Position numbers and translations under genes: made by a program. 64,000 nt of DNA from NCBI GenBank assembly GCA_050309605.1, contig JBNRMN010000082.1, positions 22,249 through 86,248 of the forward strand. Direction: 5' to 3'. Position 1 is the stretch's first letter. Every line of letters begins with the position of its first letter. This DNA comes from Anaerohalosphaeraceae bacterium. Lineage in GTDB: Bacteria; Planctomycetota; Phycisphaerae; Sedimentisphaerales; Anaerohalosphaeraceae. Under the pieces are notes generated by a model. It saw nothing but the letters and a program-made list of their open reading frames with translations, was not told the DNA's origin and did no database searches. Shown here one piece after another: positions 19,023-29,311 of the stretch.

Positions 19023-21638
19023 ATGAATAAGTTTGGCATATTCAGTCAATTACTTGCGCTGATGTGTTTTGTCGGCTTGGCGACGGCGGCGCCGCAGCCC
19101 CTGATCGATCTGAATGCAGACAATCTGCCTGAAGGCGATTTGAATGCGTGGGTCAATGAGGGGACGGTGGAATGCGTCTTTCTCATTGCGGACCGGCAAG
19201 AGGTAGAAGGCACCGATCCCAACGCGGTTGTGCAGGATGTGGCCGGACGCAAGGCGGTCTCGTTTGCCGGCGGGGCATGGATGCAGTCGGACATCACCAC
19301 GCCGGACGAGCTGACCGGCGCCAATCCCTGGTCGGTTCTGGTCTGGGCGTATGCCCCTTCGACGACGGGCGAAGACTGCCTGTTTCAGTGGGCCGATCGC
19401 GGCACCGGCGCGGCACACTTCAATTTCGGCACGCGCGCCTTCACCAATTTCTTCGATGACGTGTTTTACACGTCGCCGCCGCCGGTCAATCAGTGGGTGC
19501 ATCTGGCAATGACGTATGACGGAACCAACATCCGGCTGTATATCAACGGCATAGACGACACCGTGGCCGCCCGCGCGATGAACATCGCCGAAGGCCATTA
19601 TATGCGGATTGCCCGCTCGATGCCGGATTTGTGGGGGACGCACCCGTTCGGCGGTTCCATTGCGTCGCTTCAAGTGTACGATACAGCCCTGAGTCCGCAG
19701 GAAATTCAGGAACTGGGCGGCGTCTTTGAGGCCGGCGCCATTGGTCCGACCGGATTGCGCGTGGTGGAAGGCAGCACGGTGGAAATTGAAGTGGAAATTT
19801 ATACCAATCCGCTGACCGGCCAGGGACCGCAGGACGATCTGGAAGTTACGCTGAGTCTCATCGGCGCCTGGGGGGACGTCATTCTGGGCGATTCGGAAGT
19901 CGGACAGCCATACACCGTTGTCGTGCCCGCAGCGGATTATCAAACGCCGATTACCATCCCTGTAACCGCCTACGATGACGATGTCTTTCAACCGGCCCAC
20001 AATGTTTATATTCAGGCGGTCGTAACGGCGGGGGATCCGGATTATTTGAACAAGATTCTGACGCCGACGACCGGTCTTGCCATTCGAATCATTGACAATG
20101 TGCCGCTTGAGTGTCCTTTGCCTCAACTGATTGGCGGCGCCTATGTGGACAATTTTGATTGTGCGTCGGATTATCTGTCGTTCGGCACTGAAGGGTCGCT
20201 CTGGAGCGGTCTGATGGATATCGGTGAAAACACCATGGAAGCCGCGGCCAATATGACCGTGTCCAATGCCTTGCGCCTGTCCTCGTCCAACAGCTATTGG
20301 GGCGGCAACGATACGACCGGACCGTTCCTCTATGTGGATGTCACCGGCGATTTTGAGGTCGAGACCTACATCGCAGATGCTTCAGGTGTAAACTATAACG
20401 ACGGCGGTCTTATGATTCGTCTGGCCGATACAGCGGCCGGCGGGGCTGGTGAAGACAATATCCAGCTTTGTTATTTCCCGCTTTATAATGTCGGGAATAT
20501 CCTGCGGTGGAACGACAACGGCGCCCGCACGGAAACCGATATTACCTGGGATGGCTGGGACGCCGCGCCGTATCTCAAGCTCGTCCGGCGCGGAGCCAAT
20601 TTCTATGCTTACAATAGTTTTGACGGGGTCAACTGGCTGCCGTCGTTCCCCTCGGCCAGTCCTGATAACCCGCTCGTGCGCGAGGATATGAACGTGCCGA
20701 CGCTGCAAGTCGGTCTGTATCATGCCACATTCTCCAATGCCGAGGGATATATCGACTATGGTTATTTCTCGCTGAGAAAAGCCAGAGGCGTTATTTCGGG
20801 CGAATTGTTCCTGAATGAAGGCGACAACGGGGCCGTGCAGTTGCAGTTGTTTGCCGACGAGGATGTCCCCGCTCCGAGTACGGATCTTGAGGTGACGCTC
20901 AGAGCCGTTGCCGCGGCGGGCGCCGATCCGAATTCAGACCCCAACGCCATCCTTCTCGGCGCCACTCCCGGCGGCTTGCCGCACACGTTCTTCCTGCCGG
21001 CCGAGACCTATGATCAGCCGTTGGATATTCTTGTTACGGCGGCGATGGACAGTTCCGACGGTATGGATCATTTGCTCACGGTCGAGGCCCAGATCGTCAG
21101 TGCCGACCCCAACTGGAACGAATTGCTGATTCTTCCGGAGGCTCAGATTACGGTCTTAAAGACGCCGGGGCTGTTCCTTGACGCCGCCGATGAAGTCGTT
21201 GTACTCGAAGGCGGTTATGAGGATGTCTTTACGGTCCGATTGAAAGTGCCGCCGCAAGCGCCGGTAACGGTTTCGATTGCGGATCAGGCCGAGAGCGATC
21301 AGGTTGCCGTCTGGCCGGACGAGCTGTATTTCGATCAGACCAACTGGAAGATTCCGCAGGTCGTTACGGTAACGGCGATTGACGACGATGTTCTCGAAAA
21401 TGATCCGCATACAACAACGCTTTCGCTGACGGCATCCGATGGCGGCATTGACTATGACGATTTGGAACCGCTGACGGTGCCTGTTACCATTTATGAAAAC
21501 AATTGCGGCGCGTGGGGTTATTTCTGGGCGGACGTCAATCAGGACTGCGACGTGAACATCGAAGACTTGAGTCTGTTTGCCGAAGAATGGCTGACTTGCT
21601 CAAGACCCAATGACCCGGCTTGCATTGACTACAGATAA
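19023..21638 (+). CDS. Exported paralog: LamG + Calx-beta-like + ConA/DUF1349-like + dockerin-like tail
   Basis: Signal peptide; LamG motifs WVHLAMTYDG..LYING and FGGSIASLQVYDTALS; shared domain (GPFLY.DVTGDF, SFDGVNW, LQVGLYH); tail CGAWGYFWADVNQDCDVNIEDL..FA..WL.C. Confidence 0.75.
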   Translation: MNKFGIFSQLLALMCFVGLATAAPQPLIDLNADNLPEGDLNAWVNEGTVECVFLIADRQEVEGTDPNAVVQDVAGRKAVSFAGGAWMQSDITTPDELTGANPWSVLVWAYAPSTTGEDCLFQWADRGTGAAHFNFGTRAFTNFFDDVFYTSPPPVNQWVHLAMTYDGTNIRLYINGIDDTVAARAMNIAEGHYMRIARSMPDLWGTHPFGGSIASLQVYDTALSPQEIQELGGVFEAGAIGPTGLRVVEGSTVEIEVEIYTNPLTGQGPQDDLEVTLSLIGAWGDVILGDSEVGQPYTVVVPAADYQTPITIPVTAYDDDVFQPAHNVYIQAVVTAGDPDYLNKILTPTTGLAIRIIDNVPLECPLPQLIGGAYVDNFDCASDYLSFGTEGSLWSGLMDIGENTMEAAANMTVSNALRLSSSNSYWGGNDTTGPFLYVDVTGDFEVETYIADASGVNYNDGGLMIRLADTAAGGAGEDNIQLCYFPLYNVGNILRWNDNGARTETDITWDGWDAAPYLKLVRRGANFYAYNSFDGVNWLPSFPSASPDNPLVREDMNVPTLQVGLYHATFSNAEGYIDYGYFSLRKARGVISGELFLNEGDNGAVQLQLFADEDVPAPSTDLEVTLRAVAAAGADPNSDPNAILLGATPGGLPHTFFLPAETYDQPLDILVTAAMDSSDGMDHLLTVEAQIVSADPNWNELLILPEAQITVLKTPGLFLDAADEVVVLEGGYEDVFTVRLKVPPQAPVTVSIADQAESDQVAVWPDELYFDQTNWKIPQVVTVTAIDDDVLENDPHTTTLSLTASDGGIDYDDLEPLTVPVTIYENNCGAWGYFWADVNQDCDVNIEDLSLFAEEWLTCSRPNDPACIDYR

Positions 21639-21670
21639 GTCGCCGGTACGGGGTTAAGTATGTGTTCATC

Positions 21671-21706
21671 GGGCCGGGGGCGATTCGGCTCCCGGTCCTT
21701 TTCTTT
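21671..21706 (+). terminator. Intrinsic terminator between the second and third exported-protein genes
   Basis: GGGCCGGGGGC-GATTCG-GCTCCCGGTCC stem followed by TTTTCTTT. Confidence 0.6.
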
Positions 21707-21721
21707 CTGAACGGGGGTTTT

Positions 21722-24700
21722 ATGAGCGGTGTCAAGCGATTTGTCCTGATTATGATCGGTACGGCCTTGTGCGGCGTGCCGCAGGCCCAGACATTTGAAG
21801 ATTCCTTTGATGCGCCTCGAAATTATCTGACCGAAGGCGTCGGAGATACCATCTGGGACGGCTTTCTCGGTCTGGCCGCGGGCGAAACGGTCAATCAGCT
21901 CAATGCATCGAACAGCCGTCCGGGCGAATTAGTTCTGTCGTCCGCCGGTGGGTTTTATCATGAACCGTGGGAACCGCTGGGGCCTTTTTTATATAAAGTC
22001 GTCAGCGGCGATTTTGTCGCCAGGGTCAAAGTGTCAGCCTATCAGAATATTATGCACAATAATTGCGGCCTGATGGCGCGTGCTCTCCGTGATCCCGACT
22101 TGGCCGGGCCGGGCGAGGATTGGGTCAGCATGGATTATTTTCCCATTTACAACTGCGGCAATTTTGTGCGCAATGCCGACAATAACAGCCGCACGGAATT
22201 ATGCCATAACGGGCTGGCATGGAATGCGGATACCTGGTTGCAGCTTGAGAAACAAGGCGCAACTTTTCATTTTCGTCACAGCCCGGACGGCGTCAACTGG
22301 ACGGAGCTGGCCTGCTCGCCTGTAACCCGTTCGGATTTGGCCGATATCCCACTGCAAGTAGGGCTTTTTCAGTGCACTTATTCATCCAATTTAGGGTATG
22401 CGGCCTTTGATCATTTTGCGTTGACCGTAACGGAGCCGCAGGAACAGGAACCCCCGTCTTGGACTGAACCGCCGATAACGCTGGACCCGGGGACGCGGCT
22501 GGTTGATAATTCCTCGGCGGTTAAGGGCTTGCCGGCCTTTCTGGCTGGTCAATGGGACAATCCCGGTCAAATGGATGGCTGGACAACATCGGGTCTGATG
22601 AATATCTCCGTTGTCGATGGTACACTGACCGCTGCCGCTTCAACGGACGCACCGTGTCTTCAATTGGCTTCGATAGCCGGCGGACCCGATTTGGATTTCG
22701 GCTACTTTGATTATCTCCAATTCCGGCTCAGGCTGCCGATTGGCTTGCAGGATGACATGGTCATTTATTACGGTACATCCGCGGCGCCGGGCATCCATAC
22801 CGGTTCGACGCGAAACCTGCTCATTCCCGCCGAGTCGATTCCCCAGGACGGTCAATGGCATACCTATCGGCTGGATCTGGGGCTGGCGGTCCGATGGCGG
22901 GACCGATTGACCGACCTGCGCATCTACCCGTTGGGCAAATCCGCGAACGGATTGACTTTCTCAATCGACTATCTCGAAGTCGGCGACTTGCCCGGGGATG
23001 TCCTGTTGATCAACACCGATTTAAATATCCACGACGGAGAATCATTTTCCGATCTTGAGTATATGGAATCCAAACACGCCGTATTCTGGTGGTCGCCGCA
23101 AAGTTACCAGCGACATTCCTCCTTTGATCCGGAAGTGATGTGCAGGCGGACTTTGCGGATGATCGAGGAAAGTTATCAGGTGTTTTGCAAAAAGCTGAAT
23201 TATCTCGAACCATTTGAAAGTTTTGATGCATGGCGGCGCGATGGAAACCGCTATAAAATCAATCATATCACGTGGTATGACGGATTCTGGTGCGGCGGCT
23301 GGAACGGTTTTATGCACATTGGCGTCAACGGGTGGGGACTGCAGGATGAAGGCTGGGGAAATCCGGTGCCGCACGAATTCGGCCATTACATCCAGGGACA
23401 TCAGCCCGGTTTCCTGACCGGCGGACATTGGGAATCGCACGCCAATTTTCTGCGAAACGCCCGCAACATTCATTACGCCGAAATCCTCGGTAATATCAGC
23501 GGTATGATCGATGATCGGATTTTTGATGCAACCAACTTCCGACAGGATCACGGTTCGCTGATTTATCACGATTTCCGCATCCATCATGCGCTTCAGGATT
23601 TCGGCGCGGATGCAGGGACGCCGAATGCAGTGGCGGACGTCTGGATTGCCGGCCCCAAAGAACAGACGATTTATACCAAGCTGGCCTCGCTGCTGCCGTC
23701 GGGAACGAGCGTCGGCGATGTGGTCGCCGCCGGACTGCGGCATTGGCCGTTTCTGGATTTCAGCGTCGGGGATACGCTGAAATCCATCTTCTGGAACGGC
23801 GGCGACAAAGAGGCGATGTTTAAGTACCGTATCGGCTCACATCTGATTCCTTTACATGATAAACCCGGCTGGTATCGCGTCCCGTTTGAACGTGCACCGG
23901 AACGATTTGCGTATATGGTCCATCCATTGACCCCGACCGCCGATGCGGTGACCGTGGAGCTTCGGGGCTTTGATCTGGTCGGGACGACGGAAGATTGGCG
24001 CTGGTCGCTGGTTGCCGCGGATGACAACTGGAATACGCCTCGATACAGCGAGGTGTTTGCGCCGGGCGTGCAGACATTTCAATTGAATTCCGATGAAACG
24101 CGATTGTTTTTAATTGTGGTTGCCGCCCCGACCGATACCCGTCTGAATCTGGAGTGGACAGACAACGCGTTGCCCGTCGATAAACATCCGGATCGGCTGC
24201 GCTATGCCTATGAGGTGGGTCTGGACGGGGCAACTGCTGCTGTGGCGGAGCGTCAATATTCGACTCCCTTGCCGGCCGGGCGCATTCACACCAACGGCGG
24301 CGGATTCGTCGCCCATACCGCAACCGTTGCGTCCACCGCTTATGTCGGCCCGAATGCGCGCGTGCTGGGTTCGGCGCGGGTCCTCAACGCGGCCCGTGTG
24401 GAAGATTATGCGGTTGTGACCGAATCGGCCACGGTACAGAACAACGCCGTCGTGTCCGGTCACGCACTGGTCAGAGGCAGTGCAAACGTCCGCGACAACG
24501 CGCGCATTCGCGATCGTGCCGACATCCACAATGCGACCGTTCGCGACAACGCCAAGGTGCAGGGTTACGCCAATGTGTCCGGCAATGCCATGGTACGTGA
24601 CTACGCGATTGTTCGCGGCTGCAGCACGATTTCGGGCGGCACGCTGTCCGGTACGGGGATTGCCGACTATGACTATTCGGGCGGTACGCTGTCGGACGGC

Positions 24701-26080
24701 GTGCATTTCAGCCATGTCCCGTGGGGCGAGTGGTATCAGGATTACTGGTGGAATACCCTGTCCAAGCCGCGCGGCCTGACTGCTTCCTACCGTATTGAAG
24801 AAACCGAAGGCCAGATTTGCCGGGACGAATTCGGCGCTGCGCACGCCTTGCTCCGCGGTCGTCCGCGCAGACTGAACGATTTGACTTTGCAAAGTGTCTA
24901 TCTGCGGTTCAATGGGATCAATCAGTATATGGTGCTTGACCGCGGCGTGTGCGACGTTCTCGAAGGCGGTTTCAGCCTGCGAATCAAGCCCGATTTTCAA
25001 ACCCCTCAGCCGTTGGTGTTCATCGGTTCATCCGGCTCGGCCTCGATGCGGCTTGTTCTTAATGGCGACAGCAAAGCGGAATTTACCATCACCAACGGTT
25101 CGAATACGACGGTGTTGACGTCGCTGTCTGATATTCCGGCCGGCCAGTGGACGCTGCTGACGGTCGTGCTCAGCGGTACGCAGGGTGTTTTGTATGTCAA
25201 CGGCATTCCCGAAGCGCAGTCGCCGACGTCGCTGGTTCCAGAGCAGGTGTTCCGATCCAACAGCTATGAACAGCCGGCGGCGTGTTATATTGGTCGCGAT
25301 GAAACAGGCGCTCTGTTCCGCGGCGGCATTGATGACGTGCGGTTTTACAACGTGGCAATGACGTTTGCTGAAGTACAAAACGAAGCCCGACGTATCGGCT
25401 CTCGGCTGGCGGCACGGTTTTATGACGACGAAACGGACTTTGACGGCCAATCAACCCGCATCGAATCCGGTGTGCGCAACGGATTGAAACGTCGGCTCAC
25501 GGCTGATATTTTTCCGCGCACGTCGGGGAGTGTGTCGTTTTATGAGGGGATATTTGACTCCAACGACGAACGCTCAAGCCAGCGGCCCGGCAGCGGCGTC
25601 GGTTTGAACAGCGGGACGTTCCGCGTGCGTCTGGACGGCCTGGGGATGTGGAACACCTATGTTCCGGTCACGCTGAATCAATGGCAGACCATCACCCTTG
25701 AATTTGACGGATCCTGGGCGCGATTTTATGTCAATGGGTCGCTGCGTGCGTCCCGAAGTTATTCGGCCAATCCCAATGCGCTGGCCGCCAAGAATTATCG
25801 CATCGGGTTTGCGATGGACGACAGCGGTAATACGTACCATTTTGACGGCAAAATCCGTAACCTTCAAATAATTGACCTGGCCGATTCCGTACCCGTTCAG
25901 CCGCCGCAGCCGGATATTAACGGCGACGGGGCCGTGGATATTTGGGATTTTCTGGAACTGGCGGCGCACTGGCTTTGTGCCGATTGCAGCACGGCCAATC
26001 ACTGGTGCGTAATGACCGATTTGAATAGAAACGGCACAGTGGATTTGGAAGATTTCAACATGCTCTGCACCCGTTGGTAA
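21722..26080 (+). CDS. Large exported multidomain protein: ConA-like domain, HExxH Svx/AvrXca (DUF6055)-like domain, left-handed beta-helix, two LamG domains, dockerin-like tail
   Basis: Signal peptide; PHEFGH...WESHANF; H.NGGGFVA.TATVASTAYVGPNARV followed by hexapeptide repeats; LamG motifs; tail DINGDGAVDIWDF..LA.HWL..DLNRNGTVDLEDF. Confidence 0.75.
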   Translation: MSGVKRFVLIMIGTALCGVPQAQTFEDSFDAPRNYLTEGVGDTIWDGFLGLAAGETVNQLNASNSRPGELVLSSAGGFYHEPWEPLGPFLYKVVSGDFVARVKVSAYQNIMHNNCGLMARALRDPDLAGPGEDWVSMDYFPIYNCGNFVRNADNNSRTELCHNGLAWNADTWLQLEKQGATFHFRHSPDGVNWTELACSPVTRSDLADIPLQVGLFQCTYSSNLGYAAFDHFALTVTEPQEQEPPSWTEPPITLDPGTRLVDNSSAVKGLPAFLAGQWDNPGQMDGWTTSGLMNISVVDGTLTAAASTDAPCLQLASIAGGPDLDFGYFDYLQFRLRLPIGLQDDMVIYYGTSAAPGIHTGSTRNLLIPAESIPQDGQWHTYRLDLGLAVRWRDRLTDLRIYPLGKSANGLTFSIDYLEVGDLPGDVLLINTDLNIHDGESFSDLEYMESKHAVFWWSPQSYQRHSSFDPEVMCRRTLRMIEESYQVFCKKLNYLEPFESFDAWRRDGNRYKINHITWYDGFWCGGWNGFMHIGVNGWGLQDEGWGNPVPHEFGHYIQGHQPGFLTGGHWESHANFLRNARNIHYAEILGNISGMIDDRIFDATNFRQDHGSLIYHDFRIHHALQDFGADAGTPNAVADVWIAGPKEQTIYTKLASLLPSGTSVGDVVAAGLRHWPFLDFSVGDTLKSIFWNGGDKEAMFKYRIGSHLIPLHDKPGWYRVPFERAPERFAYMVHPLTPTADAVTVELRGFDLVGTTEDWRWSLVAADDNWNTPRYSEVFAPGVQTFQLNSDETRLFLIVVAAPTDTRLNLEWTDNALPVDKHPDRLRYAYEVGLDGATAAVAERQYSTPLPAGRIHTNGGGFVAHTATVASTAYVGPNARVLGSARVLNAARVEDYAVVTESATVQNNAVVSGHALVRGSANVRDNARIRDRADIHNATVRDNAKVQGYANVSGNAMVRDYAIVRGCSTISGGTLSGTGIADYDYSGGTLSDGVHFSHVPWGEWYQDYWWNTLSKPRGLTASYRIEETEGQICRDEFGAAHALLRGRPRRLNDLTLQSVYLRFNGINQYMVLDRGVCDVLEGGFSLRIKPDFQTPQPLVFIGSSGSASMRLVLNGDSKAEFTITNGSNTTVLTSLSDIPAGQWTLLTVVLSGTQGVLYVNGIPEAQSPTSLVPEQVFRSNSYEQPAACYIGRDETGALFRGGIDDVRFYNVAMTFAEVQNEARRIGSRLAARFYDDETDFDGQSTRIESGVRNGLKRRLTADIFPRTSGSVSFYEGIFDSNDERSSQRPGSGVGLNSGTFRVRLDGLGMWNTYVPVTLNQWQTITLEFDGSWARFYVNGSLRASRSYSANPNALAAKNYRIGFAMDDSGNTYHFDGKIRNLQIIDLADSVPVQPPQPDINGDGAVDIWDFLELAAHWLCADCSTANHWCVMTDLNRNGTVDLEDFNMLCTRW

Positions 26081-26104
26081 CCAAGAAAGACGCTTTCAGA
26101 CGGC

Positions 26105-27793
26105 CTATAAATAATAGGCCTTCAGCACATATTGCTGCATCATTCGCTGCGTGTTGAAAAATGAGCCGTTCAATGCGATGGCGTGCTGCATAATCGAACA
26201 GAATTTCGACGGTTCGTTATAGTACAAACCAATCACGTGTTCGAGCTTGCGGTATAAATCCTCGGCGTCTTTGGAAGGATCCACCTGGTCGTGGCCGTGC
26301 CGATGGTTTTGACCGATGGCCCAGCCGGTGGCATCTTCGATGCAGCCTTCGATCCACCAGCCGTCCAACACACTCAGCGACGGCACGCCGTTCATCGCCG
26401 CCTTCATCCCGCTGGTACCCGACGCTTCCATCGGCGGCTGCGGGGTGTTGAGCCACACATCCACACCGGAAACGATTTGGCGCGCAATAGTCATCTCGTA
26501 GTTTGGAAGATAGGCGATTTTGATAGAGTTTCTCAGCTCACGCGAAGCGGCAAAAATCCGCTTAATCAGCGCCTTGCCTTCATGATCCTGCGGATGGGCC
26601 TTGCCGGAATACACAAGCTGAACCGAACCGACATCCTCAACCAGGCGTCGAAGCCGGTCGGGGTTGCCAAACAGCAGGTCTGCGCGTTTGTACGTCGTCG
26701 AGCGTCGCGCAAATCCAAGCGTCAGCACATCCATATCAAAACCCAGATTCGTCTGGCGATTAACCTCATTGATCAGCTCGCGTTTGGCCGCGGCGTGGGC
26801 CGCAGTAATTTCCTGACACGGAATGCTCAGGGCATATCGCAGACTGAAATTATCCTCACGCCAGCCGGGAATATGTCGGTCATACAGCGTCTGCATCGAT
26901 TCGCAGACCCAGCGATTATGAATTCCATTGGTTATCGCATCAATTTTGTAGCCTTCGAACATTTGTCGCGAAACCTGGCCGTGTTTTTTGGCCACGCCGT
27001 TGACATAATGGCTTAGGTTCAATGCCAGGTAGGTCATGTTCATTGTGCCGTTGCAGCAAAAGACCCCCTCCATGGCAAAGGCCTCATGCGGGCCAAGGAC
27101 GCGACCGGCCAGCTCCATATCGAACTGGTCATGGCCGGCGGCCACCGGGGTATGGGTGGTAAATACACATTGCTCCCGAACCGCCGCAAGGTCCTCGGCG
27201 GTAATGGTTTTGTCGTCTTTTGCGCGAATCCGTTCATCCAGCAGCTCAAGCGTCAGCAAACTGGCATGTCCTTCGTTCATATGGAATCGTTTGATGGCGT
27301 CATATCCCAAGGCCCGGAGCATCCGGACCCCGCCAATCCCCAGGACAACTTCCTGACAAAGCCGATAGCGTTTATCCAGCCCGTATAAGTAATGGGTTAG
27401 CTTGCGGTCTTCTTCGGCGTTGTCCCCAAGGTCGGTATCCAGAAAAAACACCGGCACGACAAACCCGCCGGTCCCCTTGACCTCAAACTTCCAGGCGCGC
27501 ATCTGAACCGTCCGTCCTTCAATGGAGACAGTGACCCGTTGAGGCATTTCCTGCGTAAAGTCATCCGGATTCCAGACAACCGGCTCTTCGATTTGCGTTC
27601 CGTCCTCGGTCAGCCGCTGGTAAAAATACCCTTTGCGATGCAGCAGCGAGACTGCCACCATCGGCACGCGAAGATCCGCCGCCGAGAGAATGGTATCCCC
27701 AGCTAAGATACCCAATCCTCCGCTGTAGGTCGGCATCGCGGCCTCTAACCCAATCTCCATCGAAAAATAGGCGATTTTGCGTTCTTCGTTCAC
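26105..27793 (-). CDS. glgP: Alpha-glucan (glycogen/maltodextrin) phosphorylase, short form
   Basis: [41 protein letters not shown]...[16 protein letters not shown]-lysine motif. Confidence 0.92.
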   Translation of the reverse strand: MNEERKIAYFSMEIGLEAAMPTYSGGLGILAGDTILSAADLRVPMVAVSLLHRKGYFYQRLTEDGTQIEEPVVWNPDDFTQEMPQRVTVSIEGRTVQMRAWKFEVKGTGGFVVPVFFLDTDLGDNAEEDRKLTHYLYGLDKRYRLCQEVVLGIGGVRMLRALGYDAIKRFHMNEGHASLLTLELLDERIRAKDDKTITAEDLAAVREQCVFTTHTPVAAGHDQFDMELAGRVLGPHEAFAMEGVFCCNGTMNMTYLALNLSHYVNGVAKKHGQVSRQMFEGYKIDAITNGIHNRWVCESMQTLYDRHIPGWREDNFSLRYALSIPCQEITAAHAAAKRELINEVNRQTNLGFDMDVLTLGFARRSTTYKRADLLFGNPDRLRRLVEDVGSVQLVYSGKAHPQDHEGKALIKRIFAASRELRNSIKIAYLPNYEMTIARQIVSGVDVWLNTPQPPMEASGTSGMKAAMNGVPSLSVLDGWWIEGCIEDATGWAIGQNHRHGHDQVDPSKDAEDLYRKLEHVIGLYYNEPSKFCSIMQHAIALNGSFFNTQRMMQQYVLKAYYL

Positions 27794-28043
27794 TCTGCAA
27801 TCTCCTCAACCATATTCTGCGGCCATGGCATCCAAAGTCCATGACGGCTTCAATTATAGCAGGCGGCCGAACGTGAAAAAGAAAAAAACGAAAAGAGGTC
27901 GTTTACCCATCCGGTTGTGACTCGAACAGAGTAAAAAAATTCGAACAGCGTCCGAAAAAATGCACGACAACTCTATACAGATGAGTATTTTAACGTTTTT
28001 TTATGTTTTTGGTGTTGGTTTTCAACCCGTGGCCGGCATTATT

Positions 28044-28052
28044 TGTTATACT
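28044..28052 (+). promoter_or_regulatory. Putative extended -10 promoter
   Basis: TG-T-TATACT about 160 nt upstream of the 28210 ORF. Confidence 0.35.
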
Positions 28053-28209
28053 GCGTTCAATGACTTTGGGGGACAGAAAGCCGTAGTGGTGATGAAAGCC
28101 GAATGCCCTCGGGGGGGCATCTGGCACGCAAGGCAATCTTATGGAACCGGATGGCAAATCCGTATCGTGATTGGCTTCGGAGAATGACTAACTTGTTTTG
28201 GGGGTGACT

Positions 28210-28488
28210 ATGGACGAAGCAAAATTTGAGAAAAAACTGGAAGAGATTATGCAGCACAACGGATCGGTTCCGCCGCCGCAACAGGAAAAATTAATCAACT
28301 TGGCGCGTAAGAGCAGGCAGCATCATGACCGTCTTCAACAAAAGCTCAATACGCTCCAGCAGTCGCTGGATTATCTGCGACTGAGCATTAAGTACCTGAT
28401 TTTTGATCTGGAGGCGACCCGGCGTGAAAACGCCGACCTTCGCAAACGGCTGCACGGCGGCCAACCGGGGCCGGACAGCGAGTTCTGA
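28210..28488 (+). CDS. Small coiled-coil protein of unknown function
   Basis: GGGGTGA RBS; heptad pattern LQQKLNTLQQSLDYLRLSIKYLIFDLEATRREN; followed by a strong terminator. Confidence 0.75.
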   Translation: MDEAKFEKKLEEIMQHNGSVPPPQQEKLINLARKSRQHHDRLQQKLNTLQQSLDYLRLSIKYLIFDLEATRRENADLRKRLHGGQPGPDSEF

Positions 28489-28540
28489 TCGGGTCCGTTC
28501 GACGTGCCAACGTCGGCTGACTGTGCAAGCGGTCATCAAT

Positions 28541-28573
28541 ACGCGATACCTAAGGGTGTCGCGTTTTTTTTTT
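28541..28573 (+). terminator. Intrinsic terminator
   Basis: ACGCGATACC-TAAG-GGTGTCGCGT followed by a long T run. Confidence 0.85.
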
Positions 28574-28687
28574 GTCTCTATGCGGCAACAAACTTGCGGC
28601 GGCGTTTTCTGTGCAATTTGCATCAGATTCATCACAACACCTTGCGTTTTCGAGCGTCAGAGTTTATGATGAAAACGTGTAATTTTC

Positions 28688-29311
28688 ATGTGCGACAAGA
28701 AAGGGTGTTCCGGCGGTTTGACATTTTCGCAGACGGACAATTCAGACTGTCTGGTCGAGGCGGCTCGCGAAGACAGAACCGTGTTTGCCCAGTTATTTCG
28801 TCGGCATTACGACGAGATATTCCGCTATTGTGCGCGCCGTCTGCCGTGCCGCCAAACCGCCGAAGATGTCACCTCAACGGTCTTTTTGAAAATGATTGAT
28901 TGTTTTTGTACATTTCGGGGGGATGATGACGCCTTTCGGGTGTGGTTGTACCGCATTGCGGGCAATGAGGTCAATAGTTATTTCCGCAAGGCCGGTCGGC
29001 ACGCACGGCTGTTGGACGGGCTTCGCAACCTCCCCTCGCCGACGCCCGAATCGGATCCGGGCCGGGAGGATGACAATCACATCCAGATTGCGCGGCTGCA
29101 TCGGGCCATGGCTCAGCTCAAACCCGCATATCGAGAGATTGTTGCATTGCGGTATTTGCAGGGGTTCAACAGCGAAGAAATCGGAAAAATCACCGGCCTT
29201 AAATCCGTTACCGTTCGCAGTAAACTGGCGCGGGCGCTGCGCCTGCTTAAGAAAGAATTTCGCCGTGACAGAATGATGTGCGGCTCGGATGAACCTTATG
29301 ACACAATTTGA
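28688..29311 (+). CDS. ECF sigma-70 factor
   Basis: F.QLFRRHYD.IFRY, AEDVTS.VFLK, F.VWLYRIA.N; region 4 L...YREIVALRY.QG...EEI......TVRS.L.RA. Confidence 0.9.
   Translation: MCDKKGCSGGLTFSQTDNSDCLVEAAREDRTVFAQLFRRHYDEIFRYCARRLPCRQTAEDVTSTVFLKMIDCFCTFRGDDDAFRVWLYRIAGNEVNSYFRKAGRHARLLDGLRNLPSPTPESDPGREDDNHIQIARLHRAMAQLKPAYREIVALRYLQGFNSEEIGKITGLKSVTVRSKLARALRLLKKEFRRDRMMCGSDEPYDTI

Noticed and set aside
14715..26080. ECF locus as a tRNA-Leu-integrated element
   Set aside because: It lies on the 5' side of the tRNA, and no att repeat or recombinase was found.
28091..28180. Canonical c-di-GMP-I riboswitch, or sigma54 promoter at TGGCACG (28122)
   Set aside because: The riboswitch P2 GC pairs and GNRA loop are missing, and there is no TTGC at the -12 position.
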